Shown here piece by piece: positions 50,751-59,049 of a stretch of 64,000 bases of DNA (the stretch's first letter is position 1; each line of letters starts with the position of its first letter). The notes under the pieces are model-generated. The model made no database searches. It was given only the letters and a program-made list of their open reading frames with translations, and had not been told where the DNA came from. The DNA comes from an uncultured virus (IMG/VR IMGVR_UViG_3300027867_000004) (lineage: Duplodnaviria; Heunggongvirae; Uroviricota; Caudoviricetes). Made by a program: the position numbers and the translations under genes. The DNA lies in IMG/VR virus record IMGVR_UViG_3300027867_000004. One strand, given 5' to 3'.

Positions 50751-51076
50751 GGGATGAAGGTGATTAAGCCAAACTTATGCGGTCCAGTAACCGGCCTGGA
50801 GCCGATATACCATTTGAAATTTTTCTGCTTAATATCACCGGCAGTATCTGCAAAAAATATAAGCAGGTCTTCCAGCCATTCCGGTTTTTGTTCGGCACCG
50901 AACGCTTCCATGATCTGTTGCCTTGTAGCCGGAACCTCAACAGTATAAGCCAAACGCTCATTTAAATTACTGCTGAGGGTTATCCTGTTGTTATCAATTC
51001 TGATCATATTCCGGATCATCGCAGCAAGATTATAAGTCTTGCCTGTTTTTTCTACCTGGTGAAATGTCTCCATCAT
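50747..51076 (-). CDS. Hypothetical protein, first gene of the long - strand operon
   Basis: 109-aa ORF coupled to the first glycosyltransferase. Confidence 0.55.
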   Translation of the reverse strand: MMETFHQVEKTGKTYNLAAMIRNMIRIDNNRITLSSNLNERLAYTVEVPATRQQIMEAFGAEQKPEWLEDLLIFFADTAGDIKQKNFKWYIGSRPVTGPHKFGLITFIP

Positions 51077-51085
51077 AAAAAGTTA

Positions 51086-51200
51086 TCCCGCAACCAGTAG
51101 GTGATTGGATGTGTAGCGATACGCATAGAGATCATGAACGGCTGCGGGAATGTCTTTAATATTTTGGATTTCATAATCTCGTATCGCTTGAACAAATGTA
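51086..51200 (-). promoter_or_regulatory. Promoter (TACATTTG, 51193-51200) followed by a structured 5' leader with interleaved inverted repeats
   Basis: 51170-51188 pairs with 51115-51138, and 51140-51149 pairs with 51086-51095. Confidence 0.6.
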
Positions 51201-51281
51201 CTATGGAGGAATGATATTTCCAAAATTTATTTATCTTTATTCTGTCAGCGCAATTCCGCGCTTATTCAAAAATATAAAACG

Positions 51282-51593
51282 ATGTCAGCACAATTTGTAA
51301 CACTAACCGTTATGGGTGGCTCAGCAGCTCCCTATAATGCCTCTGGCCCGAAGGGCAACCCTTATAGCACCAACCTGGGCGGAGTGGTAAACGGGATCTC
51401 TGAAAATGATGGTTATCTGGTTCAGAACATTATTTCACTTAGCCCGTATTACCAGCCATCAAGCGGGCAGCAGTATCCGGCAGTGAACACCGTAGTTCAC
51501 TACAAGAGCGTTAATCCGACTAACGGGTATCTGACCAACATCAAATTATATGTGAACCAGACTGTAGCAGCAATTGTTGCTTCTGCCGGTTAA
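51282..51593 (+). CDS. Small putative virion or decoration protein
   Basis: Ser/Gly/Asn/Val-rich, low charge, TATCTTTA box upstream. Confidence 0.55.
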   Translation: MSAQFVTLTVMGGSAAPYNASGPKGNPYSTNLGGVVNGISENDGYLVQNIISLSPYYQPSSGQQYPAVNTVVHYKSVNPTNGYLTNIKLYVNQTVAAIVASAG

Positions 51594-51605
51594 TCCTGAA
51601 ACGTC

Positions 51606-51890
51606 ATGGCTCAAAGAGTTAAAATAACCGTACTGGGAGCAACCCTTGCCCCGTATTCTTCGGCAAATCTAACCGCACCTATCTTTTTAAATGGCGGGCT
51701 GTCGGAAGACTGGCATGTGGATGTTTCCCAATTGCAGCGAGGGGTTGATACTTCCTTTACGCAGCAAACGACTTACCCTTTAGCCTTATCATCAGTGGTC
51801 ATCAAATACGTTGAAGCTAATCACTTTAAAACCAGCACGGTGTTCATATCCGTCAACTCCGCCACTTTAGATGTACTGTCTAATCAGTAA
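51606..51890 (+). CDS. Small putative virion or decoration protein, probable paralogue of the previous gene
   Basis: Shared V.(L/I)TV.G...APY N-terminus and QQ.YP...(T/S)VV..Y segment. Confidence 0.55.
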   Translation: MAQRVKITVLGATLAPYSSANLTAPIFLNGGLSEDWHVDVSQLQRGVDTSFTQQTTYPLALSSVVIKYVEANHFKTSTVFISVNSATLDVLSNQ

Positions 51891-51908
51891 GGATTATTAA
51901 AAAGCTTT

Positions 51909-51935
51909 AAGCCCGGAGGTGACTCCGGGCTTTTT
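51909..51935 (+). terminator. Intrinsic terminator
   Basis: GCCCGGAG-GTGA-CTCCGGGC-TTTTT. Confidence 0.85.
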
Positions 51936-52397
51936 CTTGTAAAAAATTTTTTTATGTTCATGTGGAGCCGGTAAAATTTTTTTTAAAATTTTTTTTTCTG
52001 TTATACTGGTATAGAGCCGGTGTAACCACTTCAAACACCCGGCCCTGAAAACCCAAAGGAAAAACACTTTCCGCAGGACCGGGTACCCTGGCCATAAAAA
52101 GCAATCCCGCATACCTCAACACCTCATCCCATAAGCTACCAAAAAGCTATATGGCAAAGCTACACAGCTATTTAAGGCTCCATAGTTACCAGGCTGTTAG
52201 CTACCCCCGGCTGTTAATAGCCAGGCTAATTATAAGGCTTTGATGGTCCAGGCTGCCGGACTTTGATGGTCCGGGATCCGGTTAACAGTATAACTTATAG
52301 TTATAACCGTGATCTATCACTATAACGTGCGGTTATGAGTGTGTTAAAATGTGTACATTATTACTTTTATTGATAATGAATGCATAAATTTGGTGCT

Positions 52398-52814
52398 ATG
52401 GAGCCGGTAAAAAGGACTAACACTACAGCAACTGCTGTCATAAGTGATTATGACGCACTAAAAAAGCATTTAGAAGCTCATTTGAAAATATACAGTCCAG
52501 CTACCTCCATTATAACCTCAAATATTAAGCAAATACCAGGAAACAGACCTACCTACTTATACAGAATATTAGTCACAATAGCTAGTTTAGATAAGCCGTG
52601 TGAGTTTAATATAAGGAAGGCTATCAAAGGTAATAGTGTTTCAATATTAAGTGCAGTTAACAGCTTACAGCAGGAAGGTTATATAAAAATGATCAAAAAA
52701 CCTAGATTAATACACCAATTAAACCGCATAAAACTGGAAAAAGCTTATATACTAACACCCAAAGGCAAGCAAGTACTTTGTAAAATAATTTCCCCACTTT
52801 TCCCCAAAGTGTAG
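52398..52814 (+). CDS. Putative winged-helix DNA-binding protein
   Basis: SILSAVNSLQQEGYI...YILTPKG (MarR-like wing); TAAATTTG box at 52385-52392 just before ATG 52398. Confidence 0.6.
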   Translation: MEPVKRTNTTATAVISDYDALKKHLEAHLKIYSPATSIITSNIKQIPGNRPTYLYRILVTIASLDKPCEFNIRKAIKGNSVSILSAVNSLQQEGYIKMIKKPRLIHQLNRIKLEKAYILTPKGKQVLCKIISPLFPKV

Positions 52815-52890
52815 AATAATTTCCCTCCACATTTTTATGCACATGATACATAAAACGCGCATAATGTGCTAAATACGCATAATACGCATA

Positions 52891-52906
52891 TTGGCATGAT
52901 GTTTGC
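52891..52906 (+). promoter_or_regulatory. Sigma54-like -24/-12 element
   Basis: TTGGCATGATGTTTGC has exact GG-N10-GC spacing and lies 50 nt upstream of ardC. Confidence 0.45.
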
Positions 52907-52956
52907 CTATGTATCAGCATGGTTGCAATGGTTGCAACCTTTAAAACGACCAGAAA

Positions 52957-53394
52957 ATGAAAAAATCAGCAATCCCTTTTGACTTGTATGAAGTAGTTAC
53001 AAGCAAAATTTTAGCTCAGATCGAAGCTACAGGTAAACTCACTTGGGTTAAACCTTGGAACAACAAAAACGGTAATATTCCTATGAACGGGAAAACTAAA
53101 AGGCCTTATGACGGCGTGAATTTCTTTTTACTCCAAATGTCTGGCTTTAGTTCAAACTATTGGCTAACCTATAATCAAATCACTGAAATGGGAGGCACTG
53201 TTAAAAAAGGTGAGCACGCTACACAAGTTGTGTTCTGGAAAATGAACCTTTACAAAGACGTTGATAAAAAGACAGGAGAAGAGACTGTTAAAAAAGTTCC
53301 TTTTCTAAAATATTACAACGTTTTCAATGTTGATCAGTGCGAAGGCATTATTAAAGTTAAAAACAACGTCATTACAATAAAAAAATTAAAATGA
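52957..53394 (+). CDS. ardC: ArdC-like anti-restriction protein, N-terminal ssDNA-binding (DUF1738) domain only
   Basis: W.KPW, RPYDGVN..LL, WLTYNQ...GG.VKKGE....VVFW and YNVFNVDQCEG. Confidence 0.85.
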   Translation: MKKSAIPFDLYEVVTSKILAQIEATGKLTWVKPWNNKNGNIPMNGKTKRPYDGVNFFLLQMSGFSSNYWLTYNQITEMGGTVKKGEHATQVVFWKMNLYKDVDKKTGEETVKKVPFLKYYNVFNVDQCEGIIKVKNNVITIKKLK

Positions 53395-54355
53395 GCCTCA
53401 TTGATGGACTAATCCTTTATACATTGGACCAGGTTAACCATGTTAGCCAGCACTCCATGCTCATGCGGTTTTACAAGTTAGAAAAAGAAATTGATCACTT
53501 GTATGAAACCAGAAGTTACAAGGAAAATTTTCATGATGTAAATCTATATTTTATGGAAATTGAAGCCCGTGCAATATTAAAAGCTTTGGATATCATCTAA
53601 AATACTGCCGGTTACCTGGTCGTTCCCGGTAGCTTTGCCCCGCGGCCCGACTCCTTAAAACGGATCGGGCTTAAGGCAGTAAAAAACTTAATCAAAATGG
53701 AAACTTACCAATTATTAACAGCTATTGTCCTGATCGTAGGACTAATTGCAATCAGTTCTAATGTGAACTGGAAAAACGAATTAACCGATTTAACAAATCT
53801 TTTTAAATCACAGGATCATGAAGACCATTGAAAATCCGCAAATCACTGATGACGGATGTTACACCATTTACAATGGCAACATGCATGAAGTGTACCAGGA
53901 CCAGGAAGGCGCGTTTTACATCATCGATTTTGAAAACGCAAACGAAGTAATTTATTTAAACATATGACAAATTTAAAAATAAACCAGACCCGCAAGGCGG
54001 TAGACCTGGATCAAAAAATCATTGACCTGTTAGCAGTTCAGGCAATTGAATTAGGTCACCGTAATTTTAAAAATTATGCTGAATTGTTATTAACTGCTCA
54101 GGCCTATAAAACTACTATTGATCAACTTAAAAACTTAAGCAAATGAAAACGCTACTCATCGCTTTAATGATCATGTCATCCTTTAGCATTGGTTTTTGTT
54201 TAAAAGGTCTCCAGGTTCAAACAGAAAAGGTGCACATCCTAAAACAAGTGATAGACGAAAGAGGCCTTATTTCCGTCATTTACATCCAGGGAGGTAGTGA
54301 ATATGCACAGGATTATTTAACCGAAACAGAATATTTGAAATTAATTAACTCCTGA
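53391..54355 (+). CDS. Small early genes: 53391-53600, two unlisted short ORFs starting at 53697 and 53818, 53964-54146 (ribbon-helix-helix-like) and 54143-54355 (N-terminal TM)
   Basis: Coupled short ORFs; RKAVDLDQKIIDLL...FKNYAELLL has an RHH-like pattern. Confidence 0.55.
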
Positions 54356-54427
54356 ATTTGCATTTCTCGTTTTTTATTCTAACCTTTGAATTCCCGCTCT
54401 TTCAATGGCTGTACCAAAAAATATACA

Positions 54428-54750
54428 ATGTTTACAGATGTTTACAGATGTTTACACATCAAAAATAAACATCTGTAAACATTAAAAACAGCCCTCACAT
54501 CACAAATTTCACGGTTTTTTAGCAAATGTTTACAGTTTACACTTATCACGCGCGCGTGCGCACACGCACACGCGAGACACAATTTTTATTTTTAACCCTT
54601 TTAAAATAAATAAAAAAAAAATTTCTCCTATAGCGCGAAGAAAACATCTGTAAACATCTGTAAACTGTAAACATATTGCCTTATTATATATTTAAACGCA
54701 CTATTTATGTTTACAGATGTGTTTACAGATATAGCGATGTTTACAGATGA
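54428..54750. repeat. Iteron-like TGTTTACA(GA) repeats in both orientations; putative replication origin
   Basis: About 10 copies, for example ATGTTTACAG tandem at 54428-54457 and the inverted AAACATCTGTAAACATCTGTAAACTGTAAACAT at 54642-54674. AT-rich spacers; non-coding; upstream of the primase. Confidence 0.75.
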
Positions 54751-54793
54751 AAATTTATTTTGTATTTTAAATAATACTTTTTAGATTAGCCGA

Positions 54794-54955
54794 ATGGATC
54801 AGGAACTTATATTAAAGGTCAACCAGTCAGGCCTGAAAAAGAAATTCATTGCTCAAAAACTGGAAATTACACCTAATCACCTTTATCAATCCTTGCTTGG
54901 AAACCGCCGGTTATCCTCTAAAAAACAAGATGCTTTACGTAAACTGTTAAATTAG
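54794..54955 (+). CDS. 53-aa Cro/XRE-like HTH protein; not in the ORF track
   Basis: SGLKKKFIAQKLEITPNHLYQSLLGNRRLS; ends 1 nt before the primase ATG. Confidence 0.7.
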   Translation: MDQELILKVNQSGLKKKFIAQKLEITPNHLYQSLLGNRRLSSKKQDALRKLLN

Positions 54956-54956
54956 T

Positions 54957-57104
54957 ATGGAAACAGAAATAAGCCTTTACCCAAATGCCTGGGCGACTGT
55001 GACGACCGATAAAATCACCGTTACTGAATTTTTAGACCGGATCAAAACCGGCTATTGGCAGGATCAGGTTCTTCCCGTACGCGCCGCGGTAGAAAAAAAG
55101 CTTTCAAAAGATGAACTTGACGCGCTAAAAAAGAAACTACCGGGATCGACCGCATCCGGCACTTTCAAAGTGCGGAACAAATTACCATCCAACCTGATCA
55201 GGCATTCCGGTTACCTGGCCGTAGACATAGATAAACTAAGCGATTTAAAGGCCACCAGGGAACAGTTGATGCAAGACAGCCTTTTCTACGCTCTGTTTAT
55301 TTCGTGTTCAGGAAGGGGCCTTTGCGGGCTTGTGCGAATAAACCCGAAGGCACATCTTGAATCGTTCAACTTTATGTCTGAACACATGTTTGAAAAATAC
55401 GGGCTGAACATTGACGAAAACTGTAAAGACGAATGCCGTCTCCGTTTTGTTTCGTATGATCCGGACCTGTACATCAACCCGGAGGCGCAGCTTGCCCCAA
55501 TCAAACCCACTTTAAAAAAAGAAAGGCACGAGCCAAAAAAATACCAATACACCGATCAGGATTTCCAGCGCATCCTGAAAGACATTGACCAGGCGCAGCT
55601 GGACCTGACCAAAAACTATAACGACTGGATCTATTGCGGGTTTTCCCTGGTCAGTAAATTCGGCGAAACGCCGGGCCGTGAGTATTTTCACCAGATCAGT
55701 CAATATCATCCGGAGTATGACCCGGATAAGGTAGACTATAAATATACTCACCTGTTGAACACCAAAAACGGGGAGCACACCATAGACTGGTTCTATCACA
55801 TCATTGAAAAAAACGGCCTGGTAGCCTACGGCAAGGAAACGCTGGACTTCATCCAGCAGGAACTGGCTGAAAAACGGGCTTATGACGCCGGGCTTACTGA
55901 TGTCAAACCTTTATCTTACGCCTCGATAAGCCTGATCGACATACCGCCGACCGACCCGATCATCCAGGTTAAAAATTTTGTGCACAAGGCCTACACGGTA
56001 AGGAAGAACGAAATGACCGGATCCCTGGAGATAAACGGGGAAACGCTGGACGACGAGCTGCTGAACACCGTGTACATTCTTTGCCGGTCTGTGATCGATA
56101 AAATTAACGGACGGGATATTGTCTATCACGTGCTGGACTCCCGGTTTACCCCGCGCTATCACCCGGTCAAGGACCTGATAAGCCATTATGAAAACCAGCC
56201 CCCTGAAAACCCTACAGGTCACATTGAGGCTCTTGTAGCCTGTCTGCACACCACAACGACTTACGCGGCCTCTTTTATAAAAAAATGGCTTGTAGCCATG
56301 GTTGCAAGCGCCTACGGGCAGCACAGCGCGTTGATACTGATCCTGCAGGGGCCACAAAACAGCGGTAAAACCGAATTTTTCAGAAGATTGCTTCCCGCGT
56401 GCCTCAAAGAGTACTATGCAGAGAGTAAAATGGACGAGGGCAAGGACGACTTGATCCTGATGAGTAAAAAGCTCATTATCATGGACGACGAGCTAAGCGG
56501 CAAGAGCAAGCAGGAGGAACGGAAAATGAAGTCCATCTCTTCCAAACAAACGCTGGACCTCAGGGTCCCTTTCGGCCGCACGCACTCCACACTGAACCGT
56601 ATAGCAATGCTTGGAGCTACCGCCAATGATGACGAGATCGTGGATGACCCGACCGGCAACCGCCGGCAGATCGTTATAGGTATACAGAAAATAGACTTTG
56701 ATGCTTATAACGCAGTGGACAAGGAATTATTGCTGTATGAATGTTACCTGGAGTATATAGCGGGCTATAATTATGAAATGACAGCTGACGACATACGTCT
56801 GCTGGAGTCCGGAGGTGAGCAGTTTAAAAAATCGGTGGTGGAGGAAGAACTTTTAGTAAAATATTTTTGCCCTCCTACGGAGCAGACTAAGGCCCATACA
56901 GTAGAGCTGTGCAGCTCGGAGATATATGAGTATTTGAAAGTGCACACCAAGCTGAACATTAACAGCATTACCCTGGGCAGGTACCTGAAAAAACTGGGCT
57001 TTGAGCAGAAACACCGCAGGACCGGCAAAACAACCATCCGGAAATACCAGGTGGTGCGAGTAATGGACTTGGAGGATGATCAAAATATGGAGGACCTGAT
57101 ATGA
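54957..57104 (+). CDS. Primase-helicase: BT4734/VirE-N domain, PriCT-2 and VirE/VapE P-loop ATPase
   Basis: KKKLP..T.SGTF, HSGYLAVDIDK, FISCSGRG, D.CRLRFVSYD; YNDWIYCGFSL...FHQISQ; LQGPQNSGKT, IMDDE and DPTGNRR. Confidence 0.9.
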   Translation: METEISLYPNAWATVTTDKITVTEFLDRIKTGYWQDQVLPVRAAVEKKLSKDELDALKKKLPGSTASGTFKVRNKLPSNLIRHSGYLAVDIDKLSDLKATREQLMQDSLFYALFISCSGRGLCGLVRINPKAHLESFNFMSEHMFEKYGLNIDENCKDECRLRFVSYDPDLYINPEAQLAPIKPTLKKERHEPKKYQYTDQDFQRILKDIDQAQLDLTKNYNDWIYCGFSLVSKFGETPGREYFHQISQYHPEYDPDKVDYKYTHLLNTKNGEHTIDWFYHIIEKNGLVAYGKETLDFIQQELAEKRAYDAGLTDVKPLSYASISLIDIPPTDPIIQVKNFVHKAYTVRKNEMTGSLEINGETLDDELLNTVYILCRSVIDKINGRDIVYHVLDSRFTPRYHPVKDLISHYENQPPENPTGHIEALVACLHTTTTYAASFIKKWLVAMVASAYGQHSALILILQGPQNSGKTEFFRRLLPACLKEYYAESKMDEGKDDLILMSKKLIIMDDELSGKSKQEERKMKSISSKQTLDLRVPFGRTHSTLNRIAMLGATANDDEIVDDPTGNRRQIVIGIQKIDFDAYNAVDKELLLYECYLEYIAGYNYEMTADDIRLLESGGEQFKKSVVEEELLVKYFCPPTEQTKAHTVELCSSEIYEYLKVHTKLNINSITLGRYLKKLGFEQKHRRTGKTTIRKYQVVRVMDLEDDQNMEDLI

Positions 57105-57514
57105 AAAAATACGTACTTGGTTTTGCTTTTTCCGAAGATAAAAAAGCAGTTGTATTAATACTTAAAGATAAACCAGACTGGCAGAAAGGGAAGTGGAACG
57201 GTGTAGGTGGGAAAGTTGAGCTCAGCGACCAAAGCAATGCTCAGGCCATGGTTAGGGAATTTTATGAGGAAACCGGAGTGCAGACCGAGCTCACTGACTG
57301 GAAAAGATTTGCTGAGCTGGACTTTCCTGAAGCTGAGGTATTTTGTTTTAAAATGTTTAGTAATGCTATTAAGGACTGTTCAACTTGTGAAAGTGAGGTG
57401 GTGGATCTCTGCTCCGTTAAAAATGTCTTTAAACGGAATTTGGTTGATAATCTTCATGTATTAATACGTCTGGCCCTTCAGTCCGAGTTTAGTTATACAA
57501 TTTTAATGCAATAA
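57101..57514 (+). CDS. NUDIX hydrolase
   Basis: Nudix box GGKVE......AMVREFYEETGV. Confidence 0.9.
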   Translation: MKKYVLGFAFSEDKKAVVLILKDKPDWQKGKWNGVGGKVELSDQSNAQAMVREFYEETGVQTELTDWKRFAELDFPEAEVFCFKMFSNAIKDCSTCESEVVDLCSVKNVFKRNLVDNLHVLIRLALQSEFSYTILMQ

Positions 57515-57744
57515 AAATATTTTTAATAAAAAACTTGTAAATATTAAAAATAAGTTTTAGCTTTACTTTCGTATTAACCAACACAGATTATGAAAGCATT
57601 ACTTCAACAAATGTATGACCAGGCAAACTGGTACGGATATGCAACCAGAAACGGGAAACGATATTATAGCTATAAAATTAGCTCTATTGCTGCACGTTTA
57701 AGAATTACACTTGAATATAACTGCCCTGCCTAAACACAATATTT

Positions 57745-58056
57745 ATGATAGCAAGTTATGCAAAACCACTGAGTGACCTGGCAAAAAGAGGTGCTCAGAT
57801 CGCGAAAGAAAAAGGCATTGATTGCGGGAAAATGTGCAGCGAATGCGCGTGTAAATGGGAACAAGAACGTAATCTGTTTTATTTTATAGCTGCTGATAAT
57901 GCAGCAGATAAATTAATGAACGGCGGTGAGTTTATGTGTCATACCAGCGACTTTAAATGTGCAGATAAACCTTGTGCTGGTTTTCTGATGGCGAAATTAG
58001 CCATGGATGAGCAGGATAAAATAGAAGCGGAACGAGTCAAAACTGTTGTAGTATAA
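57745..58056 (+). CDS. Cys-rich hypothetical protein; an unlisted 47-aa ORF at 57590-57733 precedes it
   Basis: CSECAC, FMCH and CAGF. Confidence 0.6.
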   Translation: MIASYAKPLSDLAKRGAQIAKEKGIDCGKMCSECACKWEQERNLFYFIAADNAADKLMNGGEFMCHTSDFKCADKPCAGFLMAKLAMDEQDKIEAERVKTVVV

Positions 58057-58230
58057 ATTTCAGCCTGCCTAACACGCGGGCTTTTCAGGTGAAATAGAAT
58101 TGGTAAGCTATCAGATTTAAAAATGGAGGTGCCATGAAGTAAACAAGTCATAAAATTTGAAACTAAAGGTAAAATTACGCAAACCAGGGTCAGCCATCGA
58201 GCTGGCCTTTGGTAGTGAGGAGCAATTAAT

Positions 58231-58416
58231 ATGATACTTTATACTAAGGATGAGTTATTTAATCTGCTTGAAGCAGTAGACTGTCACTCGGACGTAATCG
58301 AAATAAATCATTATGTCCTGATCCATTGCGATGATTATCCTACGGATCTGATCTCATTGCTTTTAAGGGACATTAATTTGCTGCACGTGTTATATTCTAA
58401 TGAAGCAGATACGTAA
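58231..58416 (+). CDS. Hypothetical protein
   Basis: 61-aa ORF overlapping the next gene. Confidence 0.5.
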   Translation: MILYTKDELFNLLEAVDCHSDVIEINHYVLIHCDDYPTDLISLLLRDINLLHVLYSNEADT

Positions 58417-58717
58417 CAATACAATGCATTGCGCTTACTGTAAACGTAAGCTATACGGGAAAGGAACTATTGAGCATTTTTACCCATTAGTAATGGGTGG
58501 TCCTAACAGGGTCTGGAACCGCATCATTGTTTGTAAAAGGTGCAATCATACTAAGGGCGGACATATGCCAGAGGTTTTTGTTCAGATATTGGAAAAGAAA
58601 CTTTTACGTGCTCAGGCAGCTAGTGATTATGCTGAGGACCTCCGGGATATGATAAAAAGTATCCAGAGTCTGATCCAGGAGAAACAAGATTATTTTAAAA
58701 TAAAAGAGTTATTATGA
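58400..58717 (+). CDS. HNH endonuclease (McrA-like)
   Basis: CAYC, TIEHFYPLVMGG and N...CKRCNHTKG. Confidence 0.85.
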   Translation: MKQIRNNTMHCAYCKRKLYGKGTIEHFYPLVMGGPNRVWNRIIVCKRCNHTKGGHMPEVFVQILEKKLLRAQAASDYAEDLRDMIKSIQSLIQEKQDYFKIKELL

Positions 58718-59049
58718 AAAATTTCAAAGATGTACTTAAAAAATTAAAAATCTCTCAGGAAGATTTTGATAAGGCTAATAGTGGCCTTTCCGACGATGAG
58801 GTTGCTTACAGGCAGTTAAAACTAATTGCCAAAGCACTTAATGGTGACTGGGTAGCAGATTTTTCTGATGGTAATCAGAGAAAGTATGAACCATATTTTT
58901 ACTATAGCGGTTCTGCTTTTGTGTTCAACTGCTACGACAGCTGGCTCCAGTTTACGGACGTTGGCTCGCGGCTTTGCTATAAAGATGCTGCTACAGCTGA
59001 ATTAGCTGGTAAAAACTTCATTGACATTTATAATAAATTTTTAAAATAA
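58714..59049 (+). CDS. Putative DGR target protein 1 (VR 58906-58983)
   Basis: Paralogue with LN..W.AD...Q.KY.PYF...SAFVF[variable]GSRLC.K...A..AGK.FI..YNK.L. Confidence 0.8.
   Translation: MKNFKDVLKKLKISQEDFDKANSGLSDDEVAYRQLKLIAKALNGDWVADFSDGNQRKYEPYFYYSGSAFVFNCYDSWLQFTDVGSRLCYKDAATAELAGKNFIDIYNKFLK

Noticed and set aside
7498..50965. Many + strand ORFs of 60-160 aa inside - strand genes, and - strand ORFs inside the primase and methylase
   Set aside because: They are antisense shadows of long real genes with no motifs. The exception is the 37258-38161 island.
51897..52112. 71-aa - strand ORF
   Set aside because: It runs through homopolymer tracts and a terminator, so it is probably non-coding.
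52855..52885. dif/Xer site (GCGCATAATGT resembles the XerC arm)
   Set aside because: No TTATGTTAAA-like XerD arm at the correct spacing.
54428..54750. CRISPR array
   Set aside because: The repeats are 8-10 nt, in both orientations and without regular unique spacers; iterons fit better.
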